A stretch of DNA of 64,000 nt from Podarcis filfolensis (taxonomy: Eukaryota): the NCBI GenBank assembly GCA_964270895.1, contig OZ185435.1; one strand, written 5' to 3'. Shown here piece after piece: positions 1 to 12,222 of the stretch (the first letter of the stretch is position 1; each line of letters starts with the position of its first letter). The position numbers and the translations under genes were made by a program. The notes beneath the pieces are model-generated. The model was not told the origin of the DNA. It ran no database searches and saw nothing but the letters and a program-made list of their open reading frames with translations.

Positions 1-88
1 TCATGACATGTTCTCTCATTCGTAGCCTCTCTTCTTCCATTTCTACCATGTCATCTTCTTCATTTTTGGGATCATAGACTTTCTCTAG
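1..88 (-). CDS. NUCB2: NUCB2 coding exon 9 (window numbering, runs off the left edge): LEKVYDPKNEEDDMVEMEEERLRMREHVM, acidic region between the EF-hands
   Basis: The translation matches vertebrate nucleobindin-2. Acceptor ttttag at 89-90, phase 0. Confidence 0.97.
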
Positions 89-766
89 CTAAAACAGAAG
101 CAAATACATCACTGAACATAAGGAATATGCTTGAAACAGATTATCCATCCCTGTTATTGTTTAACTATATAAATACGTCAAACAGAGTTGGCTTCTGTTT
201 TCAAATCAAGAAATTACTGCTTTTTATGCCAATGTACAATACATATTGGTACAAAATCAGTTTGAATTGAATTGAAGTCTTTTGGCTTATCCTCTTCAGA
301 CTGGACCAGTATATCAACTTTCCAAATTTTGAACTTATCAAGACATTTGGGCATTGGTCCACTCTGTATGTACAGATATGTAAAAGCCCCTTGCATTTCT
401 ATGCCTAGACACTGGAAATATGCATGCCAGGTAGCTAGTCCCAGCCTGAATATGAAATCAATAGCTAATTTAGTAAATGGCATCAGTTCCTGGTATGAAG
501 TTTTTATGTTTTGCCCTTGCATCTATAGGTTTTAGCAATGGACTTTCAAAGTGTTGAAAGTAACTATCTCATATTGCTCCCTATTCCAGAATATATTGTT
601 TTTCCTTGAATAATTGACCTGGGTTTTTTTAAAAAAAATATTTAGGCTTTAACATATCTTTGGTGGATACATAAATATTACCAGTGCTGCCATTTTTATA
701 TAGACAGAAGCCCTTAAATATCAACTAATTGTAAGGAAGAGTTTCCATGTAATGTGCATCACATAC

Positions 767-825
767 CTCTTTAGTAAACAGGGCTTCTAACTCCTGCTCA
801 TCCAGAAAATGATCATTATTGACAT
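767..825 (-). CDS. NUCB2: NUCB2 coding exon 8 (59 nt): (D)VNNDHFLDEQELEALFTKE, EF-hand 1
   Basis: AG acceptor and GAG|gtatgt donor. Phase 1 to 0 fits both neighbouring exons. Confidence 0.96.
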
Positions 826-2287
826 CTATAAAAAGTATAATGCATATAAATATAGAACACCGAAGCATTAGCACACTCATGCACACCAGGTCTAATTCAC
901 TTGTAGCACACTACAATTCCAACTTGATTAATCTAACATAATATTTTAGCACAGCACATTTATTTTTCTATTTAGCTACTGACCAGACTGTTGCTGTTGA
1001 CTATTTGGTTTTGAGTTCTATTAGCAAAGAAAATCTAGAGGCATTGACAATTCTGCTCTTCAGGCTTCCATTCTCTTATAATGAAATTGGAAACCAAAAC
1101 ATAGCTCAAAATAAAATCTTAATACATAAATAGCCCTTTAATATATTCAAAATTCATACATTGCCTCTCTTTACCCTTCTCCCCTTGATAAGATCCCACT
1201 TAGCCACACCTATATTGAATCATGTTTATCTGCATTAAATCATGGCAGCTTGACTTTTAATAATTAACTTTTGAAGCAAGGGCCTGTTAAACAAGGGTGT
1301 GAACATCCATGACCTTTGTCTTTGTCTTTGTCTTTCAGTGCCTAACTGCTGTTTAGAAATTGTTGGTGCTACTTAACTTAGAAAGGAATTAACTATCTGT
1401 CTCAGATACTATTCTTTATATGTATCTGCTTCAGATCTGTCCAGCCCTGCACATTTGTCACAACACCATAATGTTGATAAAGTCACTTTGCCACACACAG
1501 CCATTGTGCAACTCTAGGGTGTAATAGCAGGGATAAACAGAGAACAGAAATGAGGAGGGGTTAACTCTCAGTCCCATTTCCTGATATTTTACAGGTTCTT
1601 TAGTCCCAGTGGCTGGAGGGCAGCTGGGACAACCTTGCCCAGACTTACTTGCTAACAATAACAGCAAAAGAGGGTTTTACTTTGCAGAGCATAGCCTTAT
1701 AAGCTCTGGCCCATTTGCCCAGATCTGAGTATCGATTCTTTAACAGTTTTGGAAATTCTGCTTATTGCAACTTTAAAGAACCTTCAAAAGACTGAGTAAT
1801 CTGTCCGGTAGGTGATGTATAATTACCAGACTAGTTTTCAAGTCCTCGAAAGGGTGATTGCCATGAGTTTTAAAAATACAAGGCAAGCTGAAAATGAATC
1901 TAAGTTGTAGTCCTTCTTCAAAATATTATTATTTTCTTCCTCAGTATGGACTCCAGACTGTTGAGGTAAATAGTGCCAGAATGTAAATAAGTGCAACAAG
2001 CCCACCAGTTATGAAAATTGTTGTGTTACAAGGACCTATACACATGTAAATAAACTCCAGTACAAAAGGGACACTCCAATGTGAAAATGCTGAATTAGAA
2101 CTCAACTGTCTGATAAATTGTATCACTTCAGCCCTGATCTGCATAATGGGATTTTATCCTACTACCGATGTTAATTTACTTAAGATTCTTTGTTGTCACA
2201 TGATGAAGGTATTGCTCCTGAGAAGGCAATCCCAAGAGTATCACTCAAGTTGCTTAATTTTTTACAGGAAAAAATTATGCTCCTTAC

Positions 2288-2378
2288 CATGCAACTTGAA
2301 AAAAGTCTTTGGATCGAAATCATTGGGGTCCAGTCCATCTGCCTCCTCCCATACCTCTTTCAACTGGTCTTTACTGCC
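2288..2378 (-). CDS. NUCB2: NUCB2 coding exon 7 (91 nt): [30 protein letters not shown]
   Basis: Near-identical to known NUCB2 peptide. Boundaries ttacag|GGC and ATG|gtaagg. Confidence 0.97.
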
Positions 2379-3001
2379 CTGTAAGTGGATCAGAAAAAGC
2401 AATAATGCAAATGATTAGATAGACATTTCTTGCAACCACATTGTGCCAAATAAATCCATATTACCTTTCTAAGAAAAGCTTCAAAATCTAGTTATTCCCC
2501 CCCCACACACACACACACTGAAAAGCACACATCTATCATCCATTAATGTCAACATCTTCAGTAGGAATTCCTAAATTGTCAGCAGAGGTGATAACAAAAA
2601 TGAAACAATATGTTACACATGGTCAAGAACCATTTGGATCATTCTACAATGCCACTCTTATTAACAGATGGGCATAACATAAGGGGAGGTAGAACTTGGT
2701 CAGGTTCTATTCCCCATAGAAGAAGCTGTCATGAAAGCTGCAGCTCAAACATGTATTAGAAAAGTTTTCAAAGGAAGCAAAGATCTCAGTCCCTTCTCAT
2801 AAATGTTGATAAAATAAGAAATGGCTGGAAAGGACGCATATAAAATGATATTTCAGTTCAGTAAAGTCCTGCCAGTTCAATAACCAAACCAAATTTAAGT
2901 GCATCTATAAAGCATATCCCACTACTTTTATTTATTCTCCTTTTAATGCATAACGCCTGACTACACCTTCACTATATGGTAGACACAAACCATGTGCTTA
3001 C

Positions 3002-3187
3002 AGGATGGTTAACTTTGGGGTGATTACTGTGCTTTTTCTTCAGTTCTTCATACTTAGCTTCCTCTTGTCGTCTCTTTTCTTCATCCAGTGTTTTTAAATA
3101 TTCTCTTCTTTCATGTTCTTTCATCATCTCATATTTCTTAAACTCCTCATGACGAGTCTTGTCATAGTTTTCTAAGTCACTTGTGGC
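3002..3187 (-). CDS. NUCB2: NUCB2 coding exon 6 (186 nt): ATSDLENYDKTRHEEFKKYEMMKEHERREY...HPKVNHP, including the RR convertase site
   Basis: The translation matches NUCB2. Boundaries tag|GCC and CCT|gtaagc. Confidence 0.97.
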
Positions 3188-3319
3188 CTACAAATTAAAA
3201 ATCAATTAAGAATACTGTGTTTTTTGACCACTGCAATATGAAGCACAAAATACTCCTTTTATCCAAACTTTGTGTGTGTCCCAGCAGTGGGTCTGAGGTC
3301 ATGCTGAACAGCTGATATA

Positions 3320-3578
3320 CCGTATTTTTTGCTCTATAAGACTCACTTTTTCCCTCCTAAAAAGTAAGGGGAAATGTGTGTGCATCTTATGGAGCAAATG
3401 CAGGCTGCGCAGCTATCCCAGAAGCCAGAACAGCAAGAGGGATTGCTGCTTTCACTGCGCAGCGATCCCTCTTGCTGTTCTGGCTTCTGAGATTCAGAAT
3501 ATTTTTTTTCTTGTTTTCCTGCTCCAAAAACTAGGTGCGTCTTGTGGTCTGGTGCGTCTTATAGAGAGAAAAATACGA
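3320..3578. mobile_element. Tc1/mariner (pogo/Tigger-type) MITE with an internal 31-bp hairpin
   Basis: TA|CCGTATTTTTTG...GAAAAATACGA|TA. Confidence 0.85.
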
Positions 3579-4110
3579 TACTTCACACTCTTTCCTTCCA
3601 ATTTACTTATGAAAGGAAAGCGTATATGAAGTGGTTTAATATCTGTCACTAACAATTGAAAAACCACATCAACTCAATCAATAAGATATGCAACACAGAA
3701 AATCCAGGGAGTTAAGCAATGGTAAAATTATAAGAGAGGCAGAGTCGCAAAGCTGATTCCACAATTTTGTGGGCCCCTTATACAACAGTCAACTAGTGTG
3801 CCCCCAACCCGAAATGTAAAGATATAGCCAAAAAGAAATAAAACTTCAAAGTTATCACACCCTGACCACCAGTACCATTGACCAGGCACTGCCTTTAAAT
3901 GAGGACAGGGAGCTAAGCTGCCCAACGCATTCTTTTTTGAAATGAACTGCCACCACTACATCAATGAGGAAACTATTAGTTTTGTCTTTTTCCATTAACA
4001 TTTGAGTGGGCTCCTGCAAAGCTGGGAGTCTCTGGTGGCTTCCTGGCCATCCAGTGCTCAGGGCTGGACAAGCTGATCCTGACTGGGTGAGTACTATAGC
4101 ACACCGGAGC

Positions 4111-4770
4111 CAGTGGCGTTGCAAGGGGGGGCAGGGTGGTGGTGCACCCTGGGTGCCATGTCTCGGGGGTGACAAGAAGGCACCCCATGGGGTGCTCACC
4201 CTGCCGCCCCCCGGGCGCGGCGGCGCCAGCAGCTGTTGCACCGCCGCAGCCACATGTGAAGGATCCTCCGTTTGTGGCTGCAGCCGCGAGCGGAGGATCC
4301 CGCCACTGTCTGTACGGCGCCTGAGCGGCACCAGCGGCAAACCGCTACACACAACACATGCACGGTGTCACACGCATGCACGGTATGTAGCGATGCCGCA
4401 CACGCACTGTATATAGTGGTTTGCCACCGGTGCCGCTCGAGCGCCATACGGATGGTGGTGGGATCCCTCCGTCGCCACTACAGCTGCAAGCAGAAGATCC
4501 CTCCGCCACCACCGCAGCTGCGAGCAGAGGATCCCACCAACGTCCGTATGGCGCTCGGGCGGCACCGGCAGCAAATCGCTATGTACAACGCATGCTTGGT
4601 GTCGCAGGTATGTGCTGTACGTAGCGGTGCCGCACATGCGCCCTAAATAGCGACGGCACACGTGCGTCGTATGTAGCAATGCCATGCATGCATCGTTCGT
4701 AGCGGTGCAATGCGTGCGCGGCCAACCGTTTGCCCCACCCTGGGTGTCGGTTAGCCTTCGTTCGCCCCTG
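4111..4770. mobile_element. hAT-type non-autonomous element, CpG-rich, with internal inverted repeats
   Basis: Imperfect TIRs (cagtggcgttgcaagg versus reverse-complemented caggggcgaacgaagg) and 8-bp flanks accggagc/accgaagg. Confidence 0.7.
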
Positions 4771-5751
4771 ACCGAAGGTTAAAACCCTTTATTTGAATGA
4801 ATTTTTGCACTGCTTGAAAAACAACACACACTCTCAGGTAAACTGCTTAAGAACTGTGAAATGTGTCACTTAATGAGAAGCATACCTTTACTGAATGCCT
4901 CTGCTGTATCAGAATTACCTTAAGTGTACAGTACAAAGCAATTCAATATACAATTGCCATCAACCCCAGCCAGCATGGCCAAGTGTCAGGTGTGTTGGGA
5001 GTTATAGTTCAGAACATCTGCTGGGGACCAAGTTGGAAGAAGGCTGGGCAAGGTGCAAGGTATTTATATATATGCATTTAATTTCACCATACCAGCTCCA
5101 GACTGATAAAGCTGAGGAATCAAAAAGTTGGACCTCTCAAGGATTCCATCCCATAATGCTCTCAGATCTTACTGTGGCTTATTGTCCATCTGGGCATAGC
5201 TGGGGCCTCCACCACAGCAGAACCATCCCCACCAGTGGCTCCTGTAACTGTCCATCATCTTAACCCACCCATCCTGCAAGTCATTAACATTGGAGGGATC
5301 ACTACTGGTCCATTATTTCTCCTCCCAACCAATCAACAACAGGAGGAGGGAGCTGGTAAGCCCAAGGCTTGCTTGCTTAGGCTCATTCCTACTTGTTAAT
5401 GTTGTACAACTAAACTATGGTTTAGCATAACCTGAAAATGCAGCTGACTATGCCAGTAGTGCCATTCTGATTATGCTTCTGTCCATTTTTCTATAGTGGT
5501 TCTCACAGTCATTCTTCAAGAGCAAACTCAGTCCCATTTCCTCAATTCTCTATTTGCTTAAGGAAAGTGTGCTAACAATGAGTCACAAAGTCTCCCGGTG
5601 GAAATCTCACTCAGCTATGAACTCACTAGGGGGAGCTAAAAATTCACTATACTCAAGTCTCAGCCTCGCCATCTGCAACTTCATAATAATAATGTGGTAC
5701 TATTTATTTTTAAAGGGTTGTTGCTAGCATTAGCGAAAGTGCATCTCAGAT

Positions 5752-5818
5752 TAATAACGGTTTCGGGTTAAGAAGGGACCTCCGGAACAAATTAAGTTCG
5801 TAACCCGAGGTACCACTG
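5752..5818. mobile_element. Single terminal fragment of a Tigger-like MITE
   Basis: Ends aagttcgtaacccgaggtaccactg|ta; no matching left end is visible. Confidence 0.7.
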
Positions 5819-6778
5819 TATCTGTAAGGCTTTCCCTCCTCTGACAGTTGTCCTTCCCAATTATTTAGTTAAGCAAAAGGGCCTATTTGGTGTTTTTGTG
5901 TCTGCAATACTGTTACCCTCCCCAAGCCTTCAGGAGAGGATGGATTGCAAATCTAAACATGCTTTTCAATTTCAAAAACAGAGCAAGCAGCTTTAATTGG
6001 CTGATTCATTAGCTCAGGGATGGGGACCTGGTGGTCTCTCCAACTGTTACTCATTGGAGCTGCTGTCCAATAACGTCTGGAGCATCACAGGTTCTCCATC
6101 CCTGCTTTTGATCTATGGGGACCAATTTTGATCACGTTGCGAAACACCTGCTTATATTTTGAGACTATTTTGATTCCATCAAGTTTAATGTGGAAAAAAG
6201 AGAGAATGAAAAATGCCCTTTTTGAAGATGGTGTTGCAGCTTTTGTTTATTTATTTGTAAGTTTCATTTATTTTTTGCTACTTCAAAAGAACCTGTCTTT
6301 AGGTTTTGGCAAAATGCAAATCAGTCTAAACCTAAAGCAGTTAACTAGTTAAAAGACAGGTGATTAATCAACGCAAAACTAGTTAAAATCTTTTGTACAT
6401 ATCCAAATACACTTACATAAAATTGCTAAAGGAATCAGAGAAGAAAATTTGCCAGTATTAGCTGGCAAAGGTCAAAAGAGCGCTCAATTTAAAGGCTCTG
6501 TAAAAACCTTCAAAGATTGCTTATGTTGGCTTGGGGATGCAAGTCGCATGAGGCACTATGAGAAAAATGAGCAGACTGTTTTCAAATGCACATAAATGTC
6601 TCCTGTGGCACAATATTACATTACGGAGCCAAATGGGATTCTCAGACTATGACTCTTGAGGTAACTATGAAAGTTATTCAAAATGGAGGCAGGGGAGGGA
6701 GAAAAAGTAGATTCCACTAAAGAAAAATACAGCAGTAGCAGCAAGCAAGCATCTGGAAAATATTTGCTCAACACTTAC

Positions 6779-6882
6779 AGCTTTGATTAGCATGTCTAAA
6801 TCTTTAGCTTCAAAAGTGTGAGGGTTGTCGTGGTTCAGATGTTCAAATTGTTTGAGAAGGAACTGATGGTCTATGCCAGAAT
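6779..6882 (-). CDS. NUCB2: NUCB2 coding exon 5 (104 nt): (D)SGIDHQFLLKQFEHLNHDNPHTFEAKDLDMLIKA
   Basis: Lies within track ORF 6674..6931. Boundaries ttttag| and |gtaagt, phase 1 to 0. Confidence 0.96.
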
Positions 6883-8298
6883 CTAAAAACAACCCGTACA
6901 AAGACAGAAATGATTTAACTACATATATCAATATATATTGGACAACAGGTTAAGTTTCCTGGCACTGCATGAGGGAAGAAACATATTTTAAAAACACATT
7001 TATATGCTGCAGCCCTCAAGAGCAACTCAAGGATGGGCTTTAGCCAAAGTAAAATGAATATTGACACTCAAAAGGACACAACTGTCAAACTGTTGAGAGA
7101 TTACACTATAATTTTAATAGGCAGAAACTAAAATGCATACTATAGCAGACATACACTACAACTATTCTGCACTTAAACCAGTTCCAATATCCATCATTTC
7201 CTCTAATAGCAAATGTTAGTTACTTAGGTGTTAGTTTGGCAGCTAAGCAGATTGTCACTCAACTAACCTACAAATAAGCTGGCAATTTCCACATACTCCA
7301 GGGACATAAAAGTATAGAATTTCTGAAGTAAAATTAAGAGGTATTTAACTTTAAATAAAAAGTAAAGGGGGGGAATCCGGGGGGGGGGGGAATCAGTGAG
7401 GACTGAGCATGCTCAGCAGTTTACAAAAGCCATGGAATGGGGAGTGTCATTTGGAAAAGAAAAAAGTGTTAGCCTTCTTGAGCCGCCTAACAATGGCTAG
7501 TATTCTGAAGAAGTGAAGGCCAGTATAATGCAACTATGGGTCAGGTGCAGATATACTGTTCCCCAATAAACAGAGTTAGGAAATCCAGAAGCAGGCTGTG
7601 ATAATCTGTACTGCCTTCACTAGCAGCTTCCTTTCTCCCTTAACTATATTATGTTCTGGCCATTTCCTGCTAAATGGACTAGGCTTTTTTGTTAAACCGT
7701 CTACAAACACTAGTTAAGATGAGGCCCTGCTCTGCAGTGTAAGAGAGAGGAGAGGGGGAATTCACACAAATGAGCAAGGCTGCAGGGGAAGCATGTGGGT
7801 AAAAGACAGAGTAATATTATGTCTGCACCAGACTTGAAGTCTTTAGATTCTAAATTAATTCACTTTGAATTTGGCAAGGTTGGAGGGAGCACAGCTTGGG
7901 TGTGAAATGATTGGTGGGCGGGAGGGAGATCCAATGGCTTTCTGAAATGTGACACAATTCTTACAAATAAAGACTTCTATCTTTCTTTGCATAGAACCCT
8001 CATGTTGATCATCGTATGCACATACGCATCATATGCACATATGTATAAAGGTGGGATAATGTCCCAGGTAGTGGATTTCCAGTTGCCCAGCAAGACTTTC
8101 GCTTCCTTTTCTATCCCTGCTGCCCCCATGCAGATTTTGGGTTATGCAGGGGACAGGGGAAGCGGGGTGGTGGTGGAGAGGAATGGGAAGTCCCACCATG
8201 TGTGCAGAAGTCTATTCTACTCAAGAATGGACACAACTGGATGCCCCCCACTGTGTATACATCTACAGAGGTGTTTGCATGTTTCCCCCTCTATTCTG

Positions 8299-8445
8299 GC
8301 ATGTTGGATAGCTCAGTCAGTAGAGCAACAGACTCTTAATCTCATGGTTATGGGTTCAAGCACCATGTTTGGCAAAAGATTCTTGTATTGAAGGAGTTGT
8401 ACTAGATGACCCTTGTGGTCCCTTCCAGCGCTACAATTCTATGAA
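8299..8445 (+). mobile_element. tRNA-Lys-derived SINE with a CR1-like tail
   Basis: The head tagctcagtcagtagagc..gactcttaatctc..ggttcaagc resembles tRNA-Lys(CUU) but is decayed. Tail ctagatgaccc..ggtcccttcc..ctacaattctatga. Confidence 0.8.
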
Positions 8446-9591
8446 ATGGCTCTCAGCAAGGAACGTTTTAAATGTCACTAACTGCAGAAACTGCTAACCA
8501 GGAAAATTATTATTAATATTCCTCTCACTATCCAAATAATTTTGCTGTTTGAAAGTCTGCTTAAACAGTGAACTTTTCTTTTTTAAAGTAGAAGCAATAT
8601 TTCATTAAACAAGACCCAGCAAGGTAAGTCCAGCTGTGTGTGGAGTTTAAGAGCAGAAGCACTTCTTTTAAACTCCCCCCACCATCCCAAAGCAGAATTG
8701 TGATTTGCTCTGGTGTGCAAAAATTCAGATTATCTTTCTGCCATGAACACAGTGAAAGCAGGTCAAAGGGGGGGGGGGAATCTGTAATGGATAATCATGT
8801 AAACTGGCCCTAACTGCTTTAGAGAAGAATGAAAACTGTTTCATGAACTAGATAATCTATCTTCATAAAGCCTGGCCTTACACTCTATTCCCCTGAAGCA
8901 CCATTTACTGCTGATTGAAATGTAAGCATTTCAAATGCTGTAGAGAACAGGCCAGTCATCCAATACAGCATATCCATATTTCACATTGCAAAACATTTTC
9001 TTCTCCCTATTTCTACATACTACACCTGAAAACAAGGACAGCGGCAACAGAAAAAAGATTTTGCACAAATTGTGTGTGTGTTTGTGTGTGTGTTTATTAA
9101 GTGTCACTGTTTTGATAAGTATTGCAGCTGCATTATGATAACTATACATGGTACTTTGAAGAATATGTATTTTATCATACTGGACATAATATCAACTGGT
9201 TTTCTGAAATCTATCTTTTCTCTCCTTTAGACATTTTTTCAAGATATTGCCAATAAAAGGTGTGGTTTTACTGTGACACATGTTACGGCCAGTGGGCCGG
9301 ATGCTGAGCTCTCCTCCCTTTGTGGGTCACTTTGACAGGTAGGCAGCGCCATCTACCAGTCAATCAAATGTTGTCAGGCAACTTAATTTCAAAAGAAAGA
9401 GTCCCGATTCTTCCCCTGCATCCAAAAGAAAGTGCAGGGTAGCAAGAAAAGGTGCCAATTCAAAAAGGGTTGACTCTTTGAGGCTAAGGAAGAATCAGAA
9501 GTGCACTTAAGAAGGCAATTCCGATTCTTCTTCCTTTTAGCCACAGCTTGAAGTTTAAAGCTGCAGTAGGAACTTCCCTGTACCCTACATC

Positions 9592-9727
9592 CAGTACTAT
9601 TTTTCTAGAAAAAGAGGTGCTGGAACTCACCATAAATGCCTCCCTCGTTCTCTTACAATGGCAATGACGCCCACCTGAGAGATACTTGAACTGAGTTCCG
9701 GCCACTTCCAGCTGGAAAAAAGCCCTG
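9592..9727. mobile_element. hAT MITE (136 bp)
   Basis: Perfect 8-bp TSD CCTACATC at 9584-9591 and 9728-9735, with imperfect CAG..CTTTTTT-type TIRs. Confidence 0.85.
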
Positions 9728-10501
9728 CCTACATCATATATGAAATCAGGCCAGGCAAAGGATGGCATGGTTTGCCCAAAACATCCAATATCCTGGGCCT
9801 AGTTGAGCTTGATTAGGCCCATAAACCATAAAACAACATTCAGCTTAAAAGATAATTCTCACATTTCTGCTATGCATATTAGAAATACCTGCTAGTCCGT
9901 GGATTAATTAACATTGTTTCAATGAATTCATTGCAATGCAATCTGCAATTTAAGCATTTTGGGGAAATGATCATAAGTGTTTAACTTCTACACAAAAATT
10001 AGGAACAAGATGCTACTGCATTTTCATAATATCAGTATTACAGGGGTAGTATTAACTCATTTTATTTTTGCTCTGTATTCTCATAACCTTGCAAACCTTG
10101 TTTTCAAAAAACCTTTCTAAACAGGTGGCCCGGTCAGATAGTACTTTGCAGCTCATCAATAGTTTAGTGTTTATATTCCAGTGAAGTATGTTGCTGGTCC
10201 TCAGTGAGAAAAGTAAAACTTGCAAAGCTCAAGAGAAATTAATGAAGAAGCTACAAAAGTATTTGACAATATCAAAATGGAACTCGTATAGTTGTCTTTT
10301 CTTAAACCATTTTCCCAAATGTGTGTCTGCTGTTTCCTCAGAACTGGTCTGTCTTGTTCTCCTAGATTTCCAAACAGGAAAGGACTGTGTAATGAGATGA
10401 AAGGAAACACCAAAGCTCTTACACCATTCTATTTTATATTAATCTCTGCTACTGTTGTAAACAAGAGAGGCAAATGAAACATTTTTGCTTTGTGTTCTTA
10501 C

Positions 10502-10628
10502 CTTGAAATGAATCAATCTTGGCTTTAATTAACATCCTTAATCTTGCAACCTCTTGTCTTTTCAGTTCATCCAGCCTTGTTCTCACATGATGGCTAACTA
10601 AATCTAGTTCTTTGCTTAACTTTCCACT
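10502..10628 (-). CDS. NUCB2: NUCB2 coding exon 4 (127 nt): [42 protein letters not shown], nesfatin-1 C-terminus and KR site
   Basis: The translation matches NUCB2. Boundaries gacag|AGT and AAG|gtaaga. Confidence 0.97.
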
Positions 10629-11069
10629 CTGTCAATAAAGAAAGCAATTGATAAAGGTAGTCAGTTAAATTTTTTTAGAAGTTAACTGTGTTCTACTAGG
10701 TTCTCAACAGAGAGAAGACGGTGAAGCATTTCACAACTGACATGTTGCAACTGGAAGGACATATTACCTCCTTTTATCATGGAAACAGAAGCCAAAGTCT
10801 AAGATCCACAGGTTCCATATATAATAAATAAATGAGTACAGTAAGCCAGTTAAGGATCCAATCCAATTTTTAGTCCAAAGTTGTGTGAGCACTATGTTGC
10901 TGACAGAGAGGTCTTATGCTTAGAAGGCCTTCCTTTTTCACTTAGGGGTGGCGGAACACAATGCATGAAGCTGAGATAGATAAGCAGTACTTCCCTTATC
11001 TAAAGATAGGAGGAAGTCCTGCACAGAAACCTCCACACACTAGTGCTCCCACACATTCTAGGAGCAGCT

Positions 11070-11660
11070 AGATAACACAACCCTGTTCAATACCTGATCC
11101 CACTGTGAACAATTGCTATCTGCAATTGTTGCTGTCATATTATCATGAAGGAGCTGAAGGATGTTCACAAATTTATCTGGGCAGCCAATTTTCAGAAGGA
11201 CAGTCGACAGAGCATTACAATTTCAGTGTCAAAGGCCTTAGTCAGGTCAATAAACACCATATACAGGGGTTGGTTTTGCTCTCTGCTTTTTTCTTGAAGC
11301 TATCAAGCGGTGAAAATCATGTCCACCGTACCCCTAGAAGGTCAAAAACCATTCTGGGATTCAGGAAGGGTAGCCTCAGATATTGTTAGGAGACAGTTTG
11401 CTAAGATCCTTGCAAGAATTTTGATGTCCACAGCTAATAAAAAGATGCCTCGATCGTTTCCACAATCCGTTTTATCGCTTTTTTTAAAAGAAACTGATAA
11501 TTTAGGCATCCCAAAGTCTGCTGGAATCTCTTCCCTCCCCCAGACCTTTTTGATGAGCTTGTGAAGTTGTTGTCTAAGTTCAATTCCACCCACTTTGAAG
11601 ACCAGAAGGTATCCCATCAGGTCTGCTGGCTTTGAGAACAAACTCCATGTTACCTGTATG
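11070..11660 (-). mobile_element. Decayed RTE-clade (BovB/RTE-like) LINE reverse-transcriptase fragment
   Basis: DKTDCGNDRGIFLL...KILARILAN...LPESQNGF, followed by RGTVDMIF, VFIDLTKAFD and KIGCPDKFVNILQLLHD, interrupted by stops and frameshifts. Confidence 0.85.
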
Positions 11661-11676
11661 GCGTACTGGCTCTTAT

Positions 11677-11900
11677 CAGAATATAAGAGGAGCCCAGCTG
11701 GAGCAGACCAAAGTCCCATCTAGCCCAACATCCTGTTCTCACATTGGCAGGGAGATGCCTATGAGAAACCCACAAGCAGGGCTTGAGCACAACAGCACTC
11801 TCCCTGCTTGTGATTCCCAGCAGCTAATTCTCAGAAGCATACTCCCTAACACTGGATCCAGTAGCTATTCTCCATGAATTTGTCTAGCCTCCTTATAAAT
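11677..11900 (-). mobile_element. CR1-type LINE 3' end
   Basis: agaatataagaggagcccagctggagcagaccaaagtcccatctagcccaacatcctgttctcac matches the antisense of reptile CR1 tails. Confidence 0.65.
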
Positions 11901-11914
11901 GACAAACCAGAGTA

Positions 11915-12158
11915 CAGTGGTACCTTGGTTTTTGAACATAATCCGTTCCAGAAGTCCGTTCGAGTTCCGAAATGTTCAAAAACCGAAAGCAGAAGCCTCA
12001 AAACGCAAGCCTCAATACAGAAAACTCAAAACAGAAGGTGTGTTTCCTGTTCGACTTCCGAGGCGCGTTCGAAAACCGAGGCACTTGCTTCCAGGTTTTC
12101 TGCATTCGAGTTCCGAAACGTTCGACTACAGAGGCGTTTGAAAACTGAAGTACCACTG
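11915..12158. mobile_element. Tigger-like MITE
   Basis: TA|CAGTGGTACCTTGG...GTACCACTG TIRs. Confidence 0.85.
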
Positions 12159-12222
12159 TGCTCTACTTCTCTCTCTTATTTTTCTAAACAAGCTGCATGC
12201 TTACACAGTTAAAACTACATAC

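Noticed and set aside
214-560. 102-aa minus-strand ORF in a NUCB2 intron
   Set aside because: No recognisable motif or exon boundaries; probably decayed LINE sequence or chance.
3855-4685. Cluster of overlapping 60-165 aa ORFs
   Set aside because: They arise from the GC-rich MITE, which has few stop codons, and show no protein motifs. The same holds for 34116-34679 and the CpG-island ORFs at 23404-23837 and 36735-37876.
8299-8375. Possible tRNA-Lys gene
   Set aside because: The acceptor and T stems are degraded and the sequence runs straight into a CR1-like tail, so it is a SINE head. The same applies to 25590-25668.
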